From IMG/VR virus record IMGVR_UViG_3300043811_000165, positions 1 through 59,868 of that record: 59,868 nt of DNA. The stretch is one strand, 5' to 3'. Positions 49,771 through 58,810 of this stretch are shown here, one piece after another; positions within the stretch are counted from its first letter, which is position 1; each line of letters starts with the position of its first letter. Below the pieces are notes generated by a model. The model was given only the letters and a program-made list of their open reading frames with translations, was not told the DNA's origin and ran no database searches. The DNA is from a virus (Duplodnaviria; Caudoviricetes). The position numbers and the translations under genes are program-made.

Positions 49771-50120
49771 TTCTTGATCAAATCCTTTAGCAAAAAGAAA
49801 CCGCCTACCGCAGCCGCAATCCAAATCAACGCAGTCGGAATTCCGGTAGCACTCGATATCCCGGACGCCAAACCGCCCGTGACTCCGGCCGTCAATCCTC
49901 CAGCCGCGGCGCCAGCGGTCGACCCCACAACCTGCGCGCCGCCGACGATCAAACCTTTGGTCGCTGTCACGTACAGCGTGTTCGTCGGGTCCGCGCAACC
50001 GAGATAATCCTGGCAGGCCTGTGACAGATAAACGTAATCGAGCAACCCGCAGGGACTCGCGCCGCACGTCGGATCCGTGGCAGGACCGGGCCCGAGTTGC
50101 CCCATTCCGACCAGGCTCAT
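49767..50120 (-). CDS. Putative virion membrane protein
   Basis: GMGQ N-terminus; C-terminal TM. Confidence 0.7.
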   Translation of the reverse strand: MSLVGMGQLGPGPATDPTCGASPCGLLDYVYLSQACQDYLGCADPTNTLYVTATKGLIVGGAQVVGSTAGAAAGGLTAGVTGGLASGISSATGIPTALIWIAAAVGGFFLLKDLIKK

Positions 50121-50341
50121 GCGCTCCTCCGCACGTCATCGTAGGTTTTTATGTTATCGGCGATTTTTGCCCGTGCTTCATGCTCCGAAAGATGATGGCA
50201 ATTAGGACATTCGGCGGAAAGTATCTTGGTACCGTGATATGGAACGGCTAAAATCCATTTCTCGTTTATGGCTTTGCTGACGGCCGCTTTTTCCGTCAGG
50301 GCGGATAGAGTGCGCTCGCAGCGTTCACAGCGAATTGTCAT
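50117..50341 (-). CDS. Small Zn-ribbon protein
   Basis: CERC...CPNC. Confidence 0.6.
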   Translation of the reverse strand: MTIRCERCERTLSALTEKAAVSKAINEKWILAVPYHGTKILSAECPNCHHLSEHEARAKIADNIKTYDDVRRSA

Positions 50342-50739
50342 GGTTTCCTCCGCGCCTGATGGTGAAGAAACTGCATGAAATCTCCAACGATGGGAGGCGC
50401 ACCCGCAGCACGCGTCAGTTCTTCAATCGCTTCGTCGATCTTTTCAGGCGAGAAACCCTCATAGGCTTCCGGGTACGCGGATTCCGGCGTATGCGGATGG
50501 CGCGCCGCAGATCTCACCTTCGATTTTCCATTTGTGTGAGCCGTGGCCAACTGCTTGTCGAGTTCCGCGCGTTTCTTCGGGTCTTTTAAAATCGCGTACG
50601 CATCGTTCAACCGTTGGGTTTTGAGTTTGTCCGGCCGTGGCCCGTCCGGGTGACATTGGCGGACAAGCGCGGACCAAGCTGCGCGGATGACTTCGACGGG
50701 CGCTGTTCGGGAAACCTGAAGGATTTCGTAGGCGTTCAC
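50338..50739 (-). CDS. DnaJ (J-domain) protein
   Basis: NAYEILQV..IRAAW..CHPD..LNDAYAILKDPKKRAELD. Confidence 0.9.
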   Translation of the reverse strand: MNAYEILQVSRTAPVEVIRAAWSALVRQCHPDGPRPDKLKTQRLNDAYAILKDPKKRAELDKQLATAHTNGKSKVRSAARHPHTPESAYPEAYEGFSPEKIDEAIEELTRAAGAPPIVGDFMQFLHHQARRKP

Positions 50740-51107
50740 TTGTGGCCTCCGAAAACACTCGCAAGAATGAACAGCGAAACGACGGCACCGATTCCCAAGT
50801 AAAGATTGGTGTTCGGTACGCCGGGGATGATTGAGCACGTTGCACCAACCGGACACGCCGCGACGACGGCATAGCAGATCGGGTTTCCATCGGGATCTGT
50901 GCTCAGCGCATATCCCGAATCGCATCCCATATCGGAAGGAGTCGAGTAAGACGTCGGAGTCGAGCCCGTCACACAAGCGCCCGTTTGCGGATTCATCACT
51001 GTTCCAGAAGGACACGGTCCAACGAAGGAGGGCGAAGCGATCTGCACGCCGGACGTGTTGATTGTTACTCCTGTGTCCGTCGAATACTGCCCCATGCCCA
51101 TCAGCAT
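50736..51107 (-). CDS. Cys-rich putative virion membrane protein
   Basis: GMGQ N-terminus; C-terminal TM. Confidence 0.7.
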   Translation of the reverse strand: MLMGMGQYSTDTGVTINTSGVQIASPSFVGPCPSGTVMNPQTGACVTGSTPTSYSTPSDMGCDSGYALSTDPDGNPICYAVVAACPVGATCSIIPGVPNTNLYLGIGAVVSLFILASVFGGHK

Positions 51108-51493
51108 GAGGCCTCCGTGAATTGGAGCACGTCGCCGCGTTTCGTTCCTGTGGCTCTGGCGGTCCCTGCCGGAAGTTCAAGGGCCGATGCCGCCGTGAAC
51201 AAACTCCATTCGGAATTTGGTTGAAGTGTCAATGTTGCGAGCACAACGCGGTCAGCATCCAAGAACAAAACATCGATCGAAAACTTCATGTCAACCGTGT
51301 GAACCGAATTGCACGGGGTGATGTGCAGGCCTTCGCCGATTGGTAGCGATTCGCGATTCAGCAAGCCGGTTCTCCGGTCCAACATCGTTACGGCTGTTTT
51401 GACCTGGTTCGCAAGCGTGGTTCCGCGCGTCAGGTTGAACGCCGAGGTAATCCCCGTTGCGCCTGCGAGTCCGAGATGTTGTGTTGCGATCAT
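51101..51493 (-). CDS. DUF192 family protein
   Basis: RRTGLLNR..GEGL..PCNSVHT..MKFSIDVLFLD..ALELPAG. Confidence 0.85.
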   Translation of the reverse strand: MIATQHLGLAGATGITSAFNLTRGTTLANQVKTAVTMLDRRTGLLNRESLPIGEGLHITPCNSVHTVDMKFSIDVLFLDADRVVLATLTLQPNSEWSLFTAASALELPAGTARATGTKRGDVLQFTEASC

Positions 51494-51653
51494 CACTTCT
51501 TTTTTAAAATTGCAATTGCCGCGATTCCGCCGGCCAAAATCCAAAACCATGTTGCATCGGGACAAACTGTTTGACCTTTCGAGGTTCCACAAGCGACCTG
51601 AGGAGAAAACACTGCCTCCCAGGAGTAGCAGCCGGAGAGATCACCCATTTGTT

Positions 51654-51791
51654 TTGGCCTCCTTCGGCAGAGTGGCTTCGACCGATTTTAGAGCGCCCGA
51701 CCAGGAGAGATCTTTTCTACCCGCGAAGTGCGAAACCCACTCCTGGTCGAACGGTAGAGCGTACGCGGACATCGATGCACTTTGAGGCCAA
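51654..51791. mobile_element. Empty ~140 bp repeat-pair unit 3
   Basis: Same architecture and spacer. Confidence 0.8.
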
Positions 51792-51795
51792 CCCA

Positions 51796-52374
51796 TTACC
51801 AACCTCCATGAATCATGCTTGCCGGAATTCCGGGATAATGCCCGAGACCACTGAGCCCGGTTACTCCAGCCGCGGTGTTGAGTAGTTCCACAAACTGAGC
51901 CGGGGCCATCAGCACGTAGCTTCGATTCGCGCCGGTAGCTCCAGCGGCCGATAGCATGGCTTCAACCTGATCGCCGGTCAATGGCGTAACGTTCGGCAGT
52001 TTAGCGTAGTAATACGCCCACTGGTCAATATTCAGTTGCGGCGGATTATTTGGAGTCGCAGTCTGTTGTGCGAGTTGAATTGCCATCGCCAATCCACCAC
52101 TGCTGACATCGGCCTGTCCGCCGTATTCAGTAGTCGCAGGCGTGGCTGAGGTTTGCACCGGAGGATTCGAAGTAAGAGGGGCCGTGCAAATCCCTCCTAC
52201 CATCGTCGACGGCGCAACACAGGGCTGAATAGTGCCTGTCGAAACTGGAGCTGGTGTCGGAGCAGCAGCCGCGAACGAAAATAGATTCGCAAACCAGCCC
52301 TGCTCATACCCGTACCACGCAAGCGCACCGGCTCCGGCGAGTATGATCAGCGAGGTGTAGTCTTGCTGCGCCAT
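51796..52374 (-). CDS. N-terminal TM protein, paralog of 52725..53351
   Basis: IDQWAYYY vs LDNWAYYW; NR....A.QFV. Confidence 0.7.
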   Translation of the reverse strand: MAQQDYTSLIILAGAGALAWYGYEQGWFANLFSFAAAAPTPAPVSTGTIQPCVAPSTMVGGICTAPLTSNPPVQTSATPATTEYGGQADVSSGGLAMAIQLAQQTATPNNPPQLNIDQWAYYYAKLPNVTPLTGDQVEAMLSAAGATGANRSYVLMAPAQFVELLNTAAGVTGLSGLGHYPGIPASMIHGGW

Positions 52375-52737
52375 TTATTGCCCCCCCCCTACTGGGTTCA
52401 ACATCAGCGGGCTGCAATCGGCATTCTTTGGACAAGGAAACTTCGGGTCCAATATTACACCAGCGCCGCCAGTGGTAGGAAGCGGCGATAATACTCCGGG
52501 CGGTGGCACTCCGTTGATCGGAGGACCATAAAGCGGAGGTAACACTGCGGGGGGCTGAGCCGGGGTCAAGACGGAGATCGGAACCATATTACCGCTTCCG
52601 ATGGGCGCGACCGTTGGAACAACAGCAGGCGCGGTTGCGGCGGTTCCAAACCAGTTGTTCTGGTAGCCGTAGTACAGCACGGCGCCGATTCCCGCAATCC
52701 ACAAAATTGGTGTCCAGTCTTTCATCAGTTCACCCAA
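52375..52737 (-). CDS. N-terminal TM Pro-rich protein
   Basis: YGYQNNWF anchor similar to neighbours. Confidence 0.65.
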   Translation of the reverse strand: MGELMKDWTPILWIAGIGAVLYYGYQNNWFGTAATAPAVVPTVAPIGSGNMVPISVLTPAQPPAVLPPLYGPPINGVPPPGVLSPLPTTGGAGVILDPKFPCPKNADCSPLMLNPVGGGQ

Positions 52738-53351
52738 TCGCTATACTGCGAGCTGTAATCGTAAAAGGACTGAAGCCCGGCCGTTCCGGATGCGGGAGTT
52801 CCGCTCGGAGTTGTCTGGTTGATCCAGGCCACGAACTGCTCCGCGCTCACCGCCGCGTTGCGATTGCCTCCGTTCAGCGAAACAATCTGATCCATCTGCG
52901 AAGGTGCGATGGAATTCGGAACACCGAAACCAGCAGGCGCGCCTTCAAACGGCGTGCTGTTCTGCCAGTAGTAAGCCCAATTGTCGAGGTCCTGCGAATC
53001 GGATCCACCGGCCGCGGCTTGCATCAGTGAAATCGCTTGCTGATAGTTGGGAGCAAGACCTGCCCCTGGAGACGTAACTGGAGGAAGCGCGGCGTTTGAA
53101 TTCGAGGCGAGCCATTGCGCGCATGTCGCCGTCGAACTGGCACCCGTGGCCGGATCCACGTAGATTGCAGTGCCGGTTGGGTTCGCCTGGCAGTAAGCCA
53201 GAAGCCCGGTTGATGTGTTGAACGTGTTGGTCGAAGAGGAACCACCGAACCATTGCGCCCAGAGGCCGGAGTTCTGGAGCCACTGATAGACGAAATAGGC
53301 TGCGGCGGCCATGGCACCGTACTTGATTAATTGTTTGGTGTTTTCGTCCAT
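52725..53351 (-). CDS. N-terminal TM protein
   Basis: ATG right after a repeat RBS. Confidence 0.7.
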   Translation of the reverse strand: MDENTKQLIKYGAMAAAAYFVYQWLQNSGLWAQWFGGSSSTNTFNTSTGLLAYCQANPTGTAIYVDPATGASSTATCAQWLASNSNAALPPVTSPGAGLAPNYQQAISLMQAAAGGSDSQDLDNWAYYWQNSTPFEGAPAGFGVPNSIAPSQMDQIVSLNGGNRNAAVSAEQFVAWINQTTPSGTPASGTAGLQSFYDYSSQYSDWVN

Positions 53352-53354
53352 TAT

Positions 53355-53494
53355 TTGGCCTCCGTCGGCGGGGTAGCTTCGAGCGATTTGAGAGCGCCCG
53401 ACCAGGAGATGGGTTTTCTACCCTCGGAGAACCGCACCTTCTCCTGGTCGAACGGGAGAGCGAGCGCGTGAAAACGAATTTGCGATGAGGCCAA
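53355..53494. mobile_element. Empty ~140 bp repeat-pair unit 4
   Basis: Same architecture and spacer. Confidence 0.8.
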
Positions 53495-53499
53495 ATTAT

Positions 53500-54030
53500 T
53501 CATCGTTTCCTCGGAAGTACAACGAGTGCAAACCCCGCTAAAATTCCAGCAGCAATCAGAGGATTATCATTCAGCCACTGGTTGATCTGGCACCAGCATG
53601 AATCTCCCAAAACGGAAACCTGCACTGGCGCATTCGATTGTGTGATGTTCGGCAGCGGTTGCACGATGTTTACGGGCGTCAGAGTAACCGGCGGATTGGA
53701 TGTGGGAGGCGGCGCTGGAGTCGGAGTGATCGGCGTAGGAGCCAGAATATTGCAACCCGGAATACTCGCCTTGTAGGGTGCACACACCGGCGAAGTGCAA
53801 GGCTGCGCACCGCCGAATCCTTCCTGTCCCCAATATCCGCACCAGAAGATCGCCGCAGCATTACCCGTATCCACTCCGCACTGGAAAGGAGCGCACTGAG
53901 CCGCGGTCGCCGGAGTGTTCGCGGGATCGGGAATCGGCGTCCCGTCATACAAAAAGACCGGCCCGTAATTTGAAAACGCGCTCGCGTCGTTGCCCCAGTC
54001 GAAAGCCTGCCCGAGTCCCATCATGCTCAT
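53500..54030 (-). CDS. Putative virion membrane protein
   Basis: GLGQ N-terminus; C-terminal TM + RKR. Confidence 0.7.
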   Translation of the reverse strand: MSMMGLGQAFDWGNDASAFSNYGPVFLYDGTPIPDPANTPATAAQCAPFQCGVDTGNAAAIFWCGYWGQEGFGGAQPCTSPVCAPYKASIPGCNILAPTPITPTPAPPPTSNPPVTLTPVNIVQPLPNITQSNAPVQVSVLGDSCWCQINQWLNDNPLIAAGILAGFALVVLPRKR

Positions 54031-54752
54031 CTGCGGCCTCCGATCAAGCCGGGAAGAATCATCAGCGCGGCAATCGCGCCAACCGCAACGGCCCAGTTTG
54101 GCAGGCCGGAGATCAAATCCGAATTTGTGAGGAACGACAAATCGATTCCGCTGGTTGAACTGGTGGACGATGTCGAACCCGTGGAACTTCCCGCGTCAGA
54201 ACTACCGGCCGGGCCTGGAGGCGCAGTATTTCCGGCTGGAGGAGCGACGGTTTGAAGTTGTTTCTGCGTCGGTTGAACGGTAGGAACTGGAGGCGCAACG
54301 TAAGGCTTATCGCCGCTGGTTTCAGGAACTGCGCCGCCATATTTCGCGTTCAACATCTGGGCGAGTTGAGCGGTCGTGTATGTCGACATCGGCTGCCCGC
54401 CGGTCGTCACGTCGCTGATCGAGGGTGACGGACAATTGATCGTGACTCCCATTGCGTCGACGAACGTCAAACCGGGATTCGATTGGCAGTAGACTGCGTC
54501 CTGTCCGATGTTGATCGGAACTGCGACCAGCGCTGCCAGCGTTTGCCCTTCGAAGGAACTTGCGGGAATCGAGGCGATGTCTGCCGCGACTTCCGTATTC
54601 TGCTGTTGAATGAAGGCGGGATTGTTCAGAATTGAACAGGGGTCTTGAAGCGCTGGTGTTCCCGCTGGTGCGCAGCAGACTTGGAGTCCCGAGTCCCAGG
54701 AGCCTCCATTGGGACAGGTCTGGCCGAAACCTCGAAGCGACATTAAGCCCAT
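54027..54752 (-). CDS. Putative virion membrane protein
   Basis: GFGQ N-terminus; C-terminal TM + GGRR. Confidence 0.7.
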   Translation of the reverse strand: MGLMSLRGFGQTCPNGGSWDSGLQVCCAPAGTPALQDPCSILNNPAFIQQQNTEVAADIASIPASSFEGQTLAALVAVPINIGQDAVYCQSNPGLTFVDAMGVTINCPSPSISDVTTGGQPMSTYTTAQLAQMLNAKYGGAVPETSGDKPYVAPPVPTVQPTQKQLQTVAPPAGNTAPPGPAGSSDAGSSTGSTSSTSSTSGIDLSFLTNSDLISGLPNWAVAVGAIAALMILPGLIGGRR

Positions 54753-54755
54753 GAT

Positions 54756-54894
54756 TTGGCCTCCGTCGGCATATGGGCTTCGATCAGCAGACAGCGCCCG
54801 GCCAGGAGATGGGTTTGCTCCGCGCGAAGACGGGCACCTACTCCTGGTCGAACGGTAGAGCGGGCGCGCACATCCTCGACTACGATGAGGCTAA
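54756..54894. mobile_element. Empty ~140 bp repeat-pair unit 5
   Basis: Very similar to unit 1 at 30319. Confidence 0.8.
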
Positions 54895-55644
54895 TCAAAG
54901 GAGCACCACCAACGCGAGTAGCGCCGCGCCGATCAAAAGTTCCGTCAAATCCGGTGTGGACGTCGATAAAGTTGGGCTTGCCGTTGTCGCCGCCGATCCA
55001 CCCGGAGCCGTCGCAGACGTTGGGTCCGGTTGAACAAAAGGATCGTTCGCGATCGGATCACGCATTCCGACGAACCAGTTCCAACATACCGATCCCGATC
55101 CGGCCGCACCCCACGGAGTGTAGGTTCCATCGGCGTTCCATCCCCCCTGAGAAACCTTCCATGTGCATGCGCCTTGTTGCCGGTCCGAGATACAACGTTG
55201 ACCAGCCGCGCCGAGCTGCGCGTTGCCGCACGCCGCTTGAAGTGCTGCCCACGTGGTGTCAAACGTGTTGAGCGCCGCTGTTTGCATCGATACGTAGCGA
55301 ATCGACGAAGATGTGTAGGCCGTGACATTCTGCACGAGAATCGCATCCGCCTGGTTTGCGATCTGGGTTGCTTCGATGCACGTTTGGCCGCAACCTTTGA
55401 ACAAATTGGCGATAGCAATTCCGACTCCCACCAGTGCCGCGATCGCCGCGCCCACGACCGGCAGAGATAAACCCAAAATCGTCATTGTGGAACCGAGCGC
55501 TCCGAGAATCGAAGTGGTGGTCGTGATTCCCGTTGCAGCGATCGACGCCGCGGTGCTCACGCTCGTTGGAACAACCTGCCCCATTCCCCACGTCACGTAG
55601 GGATTGCGAGGAACGATGTGGTAGCTGTCGCGGATTGCGAGCAC
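54895..55644 (-). CDS. Putative virion membrane protein (hydrophobic N-terminal helices, Cys-rich ectodomain, C-terminal TM)
   Basis: Sequence pattern. Confidence 0.7.
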   Translation of the reverse strand: MLAIRDSYHIVPRNPYVTWGMGQVVPTSVSTAASIAATGITTTTSILGALGSTMTILGLSLPVVGAAIAALVGVGIAIANLFKGCGQTCIEATQIANQADAILVQNVTAYTSSSIRYVSMQTAALNTFDTTWAALQAACGNAQLGAAGQRCISDRQQGACTWKVSQGGWNADGTYTPWGAAGSGSVCWNWFVGMRDPIANDPFVQPDPTSATAPGGSAATTASPTLSTSTPDLTELLIGAALLALVVLL

Positions 55645-56334
55645 TTATCGTTTCCCTCCGATGAGGTTTGGCAAAATAATAATCGCCGCGATTGCCCCGA
55701 TAATCAAGGGCACATAGGGTCCGATGGAGGCAAGTCCAGCCGTCAGACTCGCGCTCGCGTTCACGGCCGTCGACGTGGTCAGTTGGCCCGTCGCCGGGTT
55801 GTAAATCAGATTCGTTCCCGCAACCTGGTATGGTCCGCCCGCCGCAGTGCGGATCAGGGAAACCGCAGAATTGCCCGTGGCCGCGATCAGTTGCGCCGTC
55901 TGTGCGGGTGTGAGCCCGGCCGCCTGCGGTGTGAGCGTCACGCTTCCACCGGTCGACACGGTGTATCCGCAGTTTGACATTTGTTGCGCGGTCATTGAAC
56001 TCAGGGGCACTGAATCACAGGAAACGTCCGGTACCGTGATGGGCGTCGTGCCGCCGCCGGTGGGCTCGGTGTAGGTGGTCGTTATTTCCGTGTCGTCTCC
56101 GCTGTCGTCCTGACCCAGTCCCATGAAGCCGTGGAAGCGCGGCATCAGCCGGGGTCGACCACAATCTGCGCCGGGCGGGCAGCCCAGACCTGGAGCGGAA
56201 TATCCCTCTCCCAGAATTCCCGCGTGATCCGGCCAGTTCAAGTCGAAGAATACGGAGATGTCGTTCGGAGTGTAGGGATCTCCTGTAAACCCCGGAGGGT
56301 AGGGCATGGAGGAGGGGACTGTTAAAATGCTCAT
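55645..56334 (-). CDS. Putative virion membrane protein
   Basis: GLGQ motif; C-terminal TM + GGKR. Confidence 0.7.
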   Translation of the reverse strand: MSILTVPSSMPYPPGFTGDPYTPNDISVFFDLNWPDHAGILGEGYSAPGLGCPPGADCGRPRLMPRFHGFMGLGQDDSGDDTEITTTYTEPTGGGTTPITVPDVSCDSVPLSSMTAQQMSNCGYTVSTGGSVTLTPQAAGLTPAQTAQLIAATGNSAVSLIRTAAGGPYQVAGTNLIYNPATGQLTTSTAVNASASLTAGLASIGPYVPLIIGAIAAIIILPNLIGGKR

Positions 56335-56337
56335 GAT

Positions 56338-56477
56338 TTGGCCTCCGTCGGCAGAGTGGCTCCGTGGAATTTGAGAGCGCCCGACCAGGAGAAGCCTTTT
56401 CTACGCGCGAAGAAAAAACTGTCTCCTGGTCGAACGTGGCAGCGGACGCGGGAACCTGGAAACTTCGATGAGGCCAA
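56338..56477. mobile_element. Empty ~140 bp repeat-pair unit 6
   Basis: Same architecture and spacer. Confidence 0.8.
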
Positions 56478-56479
56478 AA

Positions 56480-57160
56480 TCAAATGACCCTCCTATTCAA
56501 CCAGCGGATCAACCCATAAACCCCAGCGGCAATCGCCACCGGAGTCAAAGCAAGGGTCATCTTCTCAATCGGCGTCTCATACACCGGCCATTCCCGTATT
56601 CGGGTGTGCGGGCATTCCCATCCCGGATATTCGCCATGTGAAAAATCAAGCGGAATTCGCCGGCCGTCCGGACCTTCGGGATACGCGGCAACATAAATGT
56701 GCGAATACTCCCGCGGCCGGTCCTGATCCGCGGCCACCGTCACGAGCGCGCAAGGAATTCCCAAGGAGGTCAACAGGCACGCCCCATACATCGTGAACCC
56801 GTCGCAGTCCTCCACTCCCACCCCCCGGAGCGCAATCAGCATCGACTGATCGACCGGTCGGATGAAAACTTCAACGATGTCGTTTTTTCGCGGGTCCGTC
56901 GTGTCCAGGTCCTTCGCGATATCGACGTCCTGTTTAAACTTCATCGACGGCTTGATGAGTTTCCAGACCCCTGATATCGCATCGCCGTCGCGCATCGCCC
57001 GCGCCGCATCCGCCCGGATCGGTTCGGACATTGCGTCTTTACGAATGAAGCAGATTGCTTTGGCCACCGCCTGGCGAACCTGGGCGTCCGGATCGTCGGA
57101 CATGCGGTCAAAGTGGTAGGCCACTTTCACACCGAAATCGGGATGGTACGCCGTGTTCAT
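56480..57160 (-). CDS. Transglutaminase-like cysteine protease-fold protein with C-terminal TM
   Basis: EDCDG (Cys), SHIY (His), PLD (Asp) triad order; first gene of the structural operon. Confidence 0.75.
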   Translation of the reverse strand: MNTAYHPDFGVKVAYHFDRMSDDPDAQVRQAVAKAICFIRKDAMSEPIRADAARAMRDGDAISGVWKLIKPSMKFKQDVDIAKDLDTTDPRKNDIVEVFIRPVDQSMLIALRGVGVEDCDGFTMYGACLLTSLGIPCALVTVAADQDRPREYSHIYVAAYPEGPDGRRIPLDFSHGEYPGWECPHTRIREWPVYETPIEKMTLALTPVAIAAGVYGLIRWLNRRVI

Positions 57161-57262
57161 TAGTACTGGTACTTGCGTTGGGTACTATATTGCACTAGAA
57201 TTTTGGAACGTGTCAAGCGAACATAGATATAGATATATATATCAGCCGACGTCGGGGGAACC

Positions 57263-58810
57263 GTGGCAAAAACCTATCTGAGCATCCCGGCAAAGTCGAA
57301 ATGCTCCCTTCCGTTGCCCGATCAGACGTCATTTAAGGACAATGATCGACGCAAAGACGCGATCAAATTCTTCGAGTACTGGCAAAACATGCCCGAAGAT
57401 TTGAAAGCGATCACGAAAGTACGCGTTTACCGGGTGAAACCGCCTGTTGATCTCAAAAAGATCGGCCTGCGGGTGAAATCTCTGGAAATCTGGCAGGGTG
57501 CGATTCCTTTCGTGCCTGAAGATTACGAGAAGCAGTTTTATCATAAGTTCGGCGGCGGGGATTACCGGTGCAGCCTAGAGGAGATCGGCTTGGGCGGGGG
57601 AGAAGTCTGCGAAGCTCTCTTTTCCCTGCCTGACTGGGAAACGTATCCGCCCAAAGTGGCGGATGGATCGCTGCTGACCGAAACAAATGCTGGGCAGGAA
57701 TATATTCAGTGGCGGGCGCGCCGCGGCGATCCGGTAGGCGGAATAAAGCCAGAATCCGAAACCGCCGAAGGAGAGGATTTTATGGAAGTCGGAAAGTCTA
57801 CAAGTCCGGTTGCCGCAATGGTCGACGGGTTCACGAACCTGGCGACGACGCTGGTCAGTGACGCCAAAGCCGAGGCACGGGACGCAAGAATTGAACTTAA
57901 AGAAGCCGCCGCCGCACGAACGGCCGCAGTTCCCACCACCGACACCGTGACCCATGCCGCGGCCGAGGGAATCAAACTGATGGGCGACGTAACGCGCGAG
58001 GTGATGAAGAACTCGAATGCACCGGACCCCGTCGAGATGTTCAAGAGTTTTGCCGCGCTGATGCCGCCGCCGCCCGATCCTTCTCCCATGTTCAACACCA
58101 TCCTGACTGTAGTGCAGGAATCGAATAAGACCATGCTCCAAATGGTGATGAACCAGAATTCAGAGTTGAAAAGCGAAATCCTTACTCTGCGGAACTCGAA
58201 TACTGCGGTTGCCGTCCAGTCGAAATCAGCCGCTGATCAATTGCGCGAAATCCGCGACAACGCCGAAATGTTGGGCTACACGCGCAACGGAAACGGAGCA
58301 TCGGCAACACCTGCGAAGTCCACATTCGAGGAGTGGGGTCCGATCATCCAGATGGGCCTCCAGATTTTCTCGCCTCTCCTGAATGCCCTCACGATGAAAC
58401 TTGCCGGCAACGGAGGTATGCCGGGACAGGCGCCGCAACCAGGCGCAGCAGCTCCAGCGCCCAATCCTCAGCCCGCGCCGCCGCCCGACAATCCACTGTT
58501 GAGATTCTTAAAAGGATTCGAGCCGACGTTCATGTCGCACTTGCAGACGATCGATTGCAACGGGTTTACTCTCGCATCGCAGGTTCTGTCCGGAGGAACC
58601 GGGGGAATGGAAACGATTCCTGGTCGGGCCAATTACAACTGGATCAAAACGAATCTCGGCTTCCGGCCAGATCGGACGTGCGGGCTTGATGCGCTGATCC
58701 GAACGTATGAACCGATGTGGAACATCATTGAGAAGGATCTGCCAAAATATCAAATGTTTCTTTCTCAATTTTTGAATTATGATGATCAGGTGGGGACGCA
58801 GCCTTCTTGA
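57263..58810 (+). CDS. Large hypothetical protein, divergent from the structural operon
   Basis: 515 aa ORF with coiled-coil and Pro-rich segments; ends just before a repeat. Confidence 0.8.
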   Translation: MAKTYLSIPAKSKCSLPLPDQTSFKDNDRRKDAIKFFEYWQNMPEDLKAITKVRVYRVKPPVDLKKIGLRVKSLEIWQGAIPFVPEDYEKQFYHKFGGGDYRCSLEEIGLGGGEVCEALFSLPDWETYPPKVADGSLLTETNAGQEYIQWRARRGDPVGGIKPESETAEGEDFMEVGKSTSPVAAMVDGFTNLATTLVSDAKAEARDARIELKEAAAARTAAVPTTDTVTHAAAEGIKLMGDVTREVMKNSNAPDPVEMFKSFAALMPPPPDPSPMFNTILTVVQESNKTMLQMVMNQNSELKSEILTLRNSNTAVAVQSKSAADQLREIRDNAEMLGYTRNGNGASATPAKSTFEEWGPIIQMGLQIFSPLLNALTMKLAGNGGMPGQAPQPGAAAPAPNPQPAPPPDNPLLRFLKGFEPTFMSHLQTIDCNGFTLASQVLSGGTGGMETIPGRANYNWIKTNLGFRPDRTCGLDALIRTYEPMWNIIEKDLPKYQMFLSQFLNYDDQVGTQPS

